This document shows, in pieces, positions 6,442 through 8,357 of a stretch of DNA of 8,357 nucleotides. The stretch is taken from NCBI RefSeq assembly GCF_006345805.1, contig NW_021828469.1, positions 1 through 8,357 on the forward strand, in the 5' to 3' direction. Position numbers and translations under genes: made by a program. The notes beneath the pieces were generated by a model that worked only from the letters and a program-made list of their open reading frames with translations, ran no database searches and was not told the origin of the DNA. How positions within the stretch are numbered: the stretch's first letter is position 1; the number at the start of each line of letters is the position of its first letter. Source of the stretch: Octopus sinensis (taxonomy: Eukaryota).

Positions 6442-6926
6442 AAAGAGATTTTGTGTGCGGTTATATTGAAGGAAAGCTTTCTAATTATTCATCCAAACAA
6501 TCTGTCATAATTTTTTTTGTTTTTAATTTAAATCTTAAATTATAATCAATTGATTAACAAACAATAACATCAACAATAACTACAGAATCAACAACAATAT
6601 ATCGAAGACAACTGCAGCAGGAAGAAATCGATAAAACAAGGATAAGGAATAAGCATTTGAAAAGAATGAAACGAAGTGAAATACAAGGTTATTTATAAAT
6701 ATGAAATGTAACGGAAAAAATAAATGACAAGAAATAATAAACACAGGAAGGAGATAAAAAACTGGAAAAAAAAATAGAAAATAGAAAAATTAACCAGATG
6801 CTAAATTTTTTAACAAAAATAGTAACTAATGTGTTGATAAACTGATTAATTTTCGAGCCGTTTTTTGGCTTCTTTGTTTTGTTTCGTTTTTGTTGGAGTG
6901 ACTGTGGCGAAGTAAAATAAGCTAAG

Positions 6927-7658
6927 ATGGAGGACACAGCAAAAGTTAAAGAAGACTTTAGTAAACATCCGTGGGTCTTGAAACTAATGACCGATCAGAA
7001 AAGAAGACGTCGAGATTTAAATCAAATCCTGGAAGATGTCACACTTGCGCAGCAGATCGAAAATATTAAATCGATCAGCAAGAAACACGAACGTATTTCA
7101 CGGCAGCTAGAGAGCGAACTGGAAGAAAACAAAAACTTGACGATGAAAACAACGAAAATGGAAGTGGATTTCGAACGACTTCGTTGGGCGTTGGAAGAAA
7201 GCAGCGCCCGAAATGAGTCGCTCAAGAAAGAACTGTCGTTTAATAAAGAACAATTGGACAACGAAACCAGGAAAATCCTGGCAGAAGCGCAGCGAAAAAT
7301 CTCTCGTTACAAGACGGAATTTTACAGAATGCAAGACGAATACGAACGAAAGCGAGAAAATTTGCGGAAGAGCAATACCGAATGTCAAAATGCTAAGAAA
7401 AAATATGAGGCCCTTTTAAATGCTTCAACTTATAATCAAAATGAATTAAATAATATTGAACACGAGGCAGCACATCTACAGATGTTGTTGAATGACTCTA
7501 ATAATTTGTTGGCCTCAAATGGCAACGACTATATTAAAGAATCGTCAATGTGTCAGCAAAATAACGAGATCGAACCTCGAAAACTTCTGACCGAAATTAA
7601 TACCGAAATGGAAACTCTTATCAAACAATGGAAATCGGAAAAATGTATTAAAAAATAA
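6927..7658 (+). CDS. Uncharacterised 243-aa long coiled-coil protein, coding region apparently in a single exon
   Basis: 732-nt ORF in non-repetitive sequence. ATG has a strong Kozak context (AAGATGG) and an in-frame TAA at 6918-6920 upstream. The protein is E/K/R/L/N-rich with no Pro between residues 16 and 217. It keeps a continuous 3-4 heptad register over ~aa 50-110 and ~aa 125-195. No family recognised. Confidence 0.72.
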   Translation: MEDTAKVKEDFSKHPWVLKLMTDQKRRRRDLNQILEDVTLAQQIENIKSISKKHERISRQLESELEENKNLTMKTTKMEVDFERLRWALEESSARNESLKKELSFNKEQLDNETRKILAEAQRKISRYKTEFYRMQDEYERKRENLRKSNTECQNAKKKYEALLNASTYNQNELNNIEHEAAHLQMLLNDSNNLLASNGNDYIKESSMCQQNNEIEPRKLLTEINTEMETLIKQWKSEKCIKK

Positions 7659-7659
7659 A
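7654..7659 (+). promoter_or_regulatory. AATAAA hexamer overlapping the stop codon (possible polyadenylation signal)
   Basis: AAAAATAAAC contains the TAA stop (7656-7658) inside AATAAA. Motif only; the context is A-rich, so chance occurrence is plausible. Confidence 0.25.
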
Positions 7660-7693
7660 CCGGAAGTAACTACTTAATTACACTATGCTTGTT

Positions 7694-8125
7694 ACTCTCT
7701 CTCTTTTACTTGTTTCAGTCATTTGGCTGCGGCCATGCTGGAGCACCGCCTTTAGTCGAGCAAATCGACCCCGGGACTTTTTCTTTGTAAGCCCAGTACT
7801 TATTCTACTATCGGTCTCTTTTTTGCCGAACCGCTAAGTTACGGGGACGTAACACACCAGCATCGGTTGTCAAGCAAATGCTAAGGGGACAAACACAGAC
7901 ACACAAAACAATACACATACACACACACACACACTATATATATATATACATATATATACGACGACTTCTTTCAGTTTCCGTCTACCAAATCCATTCACAA
8001 GAGGCAGTGGCGGGGCGGCCCGGGCTAGAGCAGAACTCCTTGCCCAAGGTGCCACGCAGTGGGACTGAACCCGGAACCATGTGGTTGGTTAGCAAGCTAC
8101 TTACCACACAACCACTCCTGCGCCT
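7694..8125 (-). mobile_element. Full-length tRNA-derived, CORE-like SINE (family C) with an internal microsatellite and an imperfect TSD
   Basis: Minus-strand head AGGCGCAGGAGTGGTTGTGTGGT..GGGTTCAGTCCC has an A-box (8103-8114) and a B-box (8061-8072). It is followed by GGCACCTTGGGCAAG, resembling the start of the MIR-type CORE domain (GACCTTGGGCAAG). There is an internal CA/TA run (~7905-7958) and a simple-repeat tail at 7694-7708. Flanking direct repeat: CTATGCTTGTT (7683-7693) / CTATGCTCGTT (8124-8134). Confidence 0.9.
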
Positions 8126-8357
8126 ATGCTCGTTTGTTTTAAATATTTAGTGCGAAGGTGGTGAAGGTGGGGGCAACACCCATCCGTGAACATTTCTATG
8201 CGGAGCCTCTAAAAAGGTTGTGGTAGTGATAGTTGTGGTAACGAGGGAAGGGAAATTACGTTTCATGTTGTCGTAGTGGTTGCGATGACAGTGGATGAAT
8301 GAAGGTATTTGTCAGCGTGGATGGTAACTCTTCTAACATTTGTAGCAAGAAGCGCTC

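Noticed and set aside
7022-7419. Three short ORFs overlapping the 243-aa CDS
   Set aside because: Antisense or alternate-frame shadows expected from the codon bias of a K/E/R-rich coding sequence.
6927-7658. Assignment to tropomyosin, intermediate filament/lamin or a named CCDC gene
   Set aside because: Signature motifs are absent (no IF LNDR or YRKLLEGE motif, no tropomyosin N-terminus). Generic heptad composition does not justify a gene symbol.
7660-7667. Perfect ETS/GABP motif CCGGAAGT right after the stop codon
   Set aside because: A single 8-mer has a substantial chance of occurring in 8 kb, and there is no supporting promoter context.
8140-8357. Possible MITE end (GGTGGGGGC...AAAAAAGGTTG) and GGT/GAT-rich sequence
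   Set aside because: The similarity to hAT MITE ends is too weak, and there is no matching TIR or TSD. It looks like decayed low-complexity DNA at the window edge.

Overview
Eukaryotic (animal) genomic DNA, AT-rich and dominated by microsatellites and tRNA-derived SINEs. The style of these repeats points to a coleoid cephalopod, probably an octopus (inference from recalled repeat sequences, not checked). There is one credible protein-coding sequence: an uninterrupted 243-aa ORF (6927-7658, +) made almost entirely of two long heptad coiled coils, with a basic KRRRR patch and no homologue I can recognise. The rest is layered mobile DNA. A decayed Merlin/ISXO2-type DDE transposase fragment (3607-4241) is split by an intact tRNA-Arg-like SINE with a 10-13 bp target-site duplication (TSD). 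There is also a frameshifted L1/Tx1-like LINE ORF2 remnant (2036-2262, -), a CORE-like SINE inserted 35 bp after the ORF stop, and at least seven same-orientation pieces of another SINE family. The features above do not explain three structures: a perfect 42-bp-arm palindrome (4626-4712), a 52-bp tandem unit carrying CCAAT plus ERE-like motifs (4427-4538), and a ~199-bp tandem duplication (1184-1576). I see no evidence for a multi-gene novel system, CRISPR array, rRNA or true tRNA. The best leads are the orphan coiled-coil gene and the 4427-4960 repeat/palindrome/TATA block. All other ORF-track entries look like microsatellite read-through or antisense shadows.
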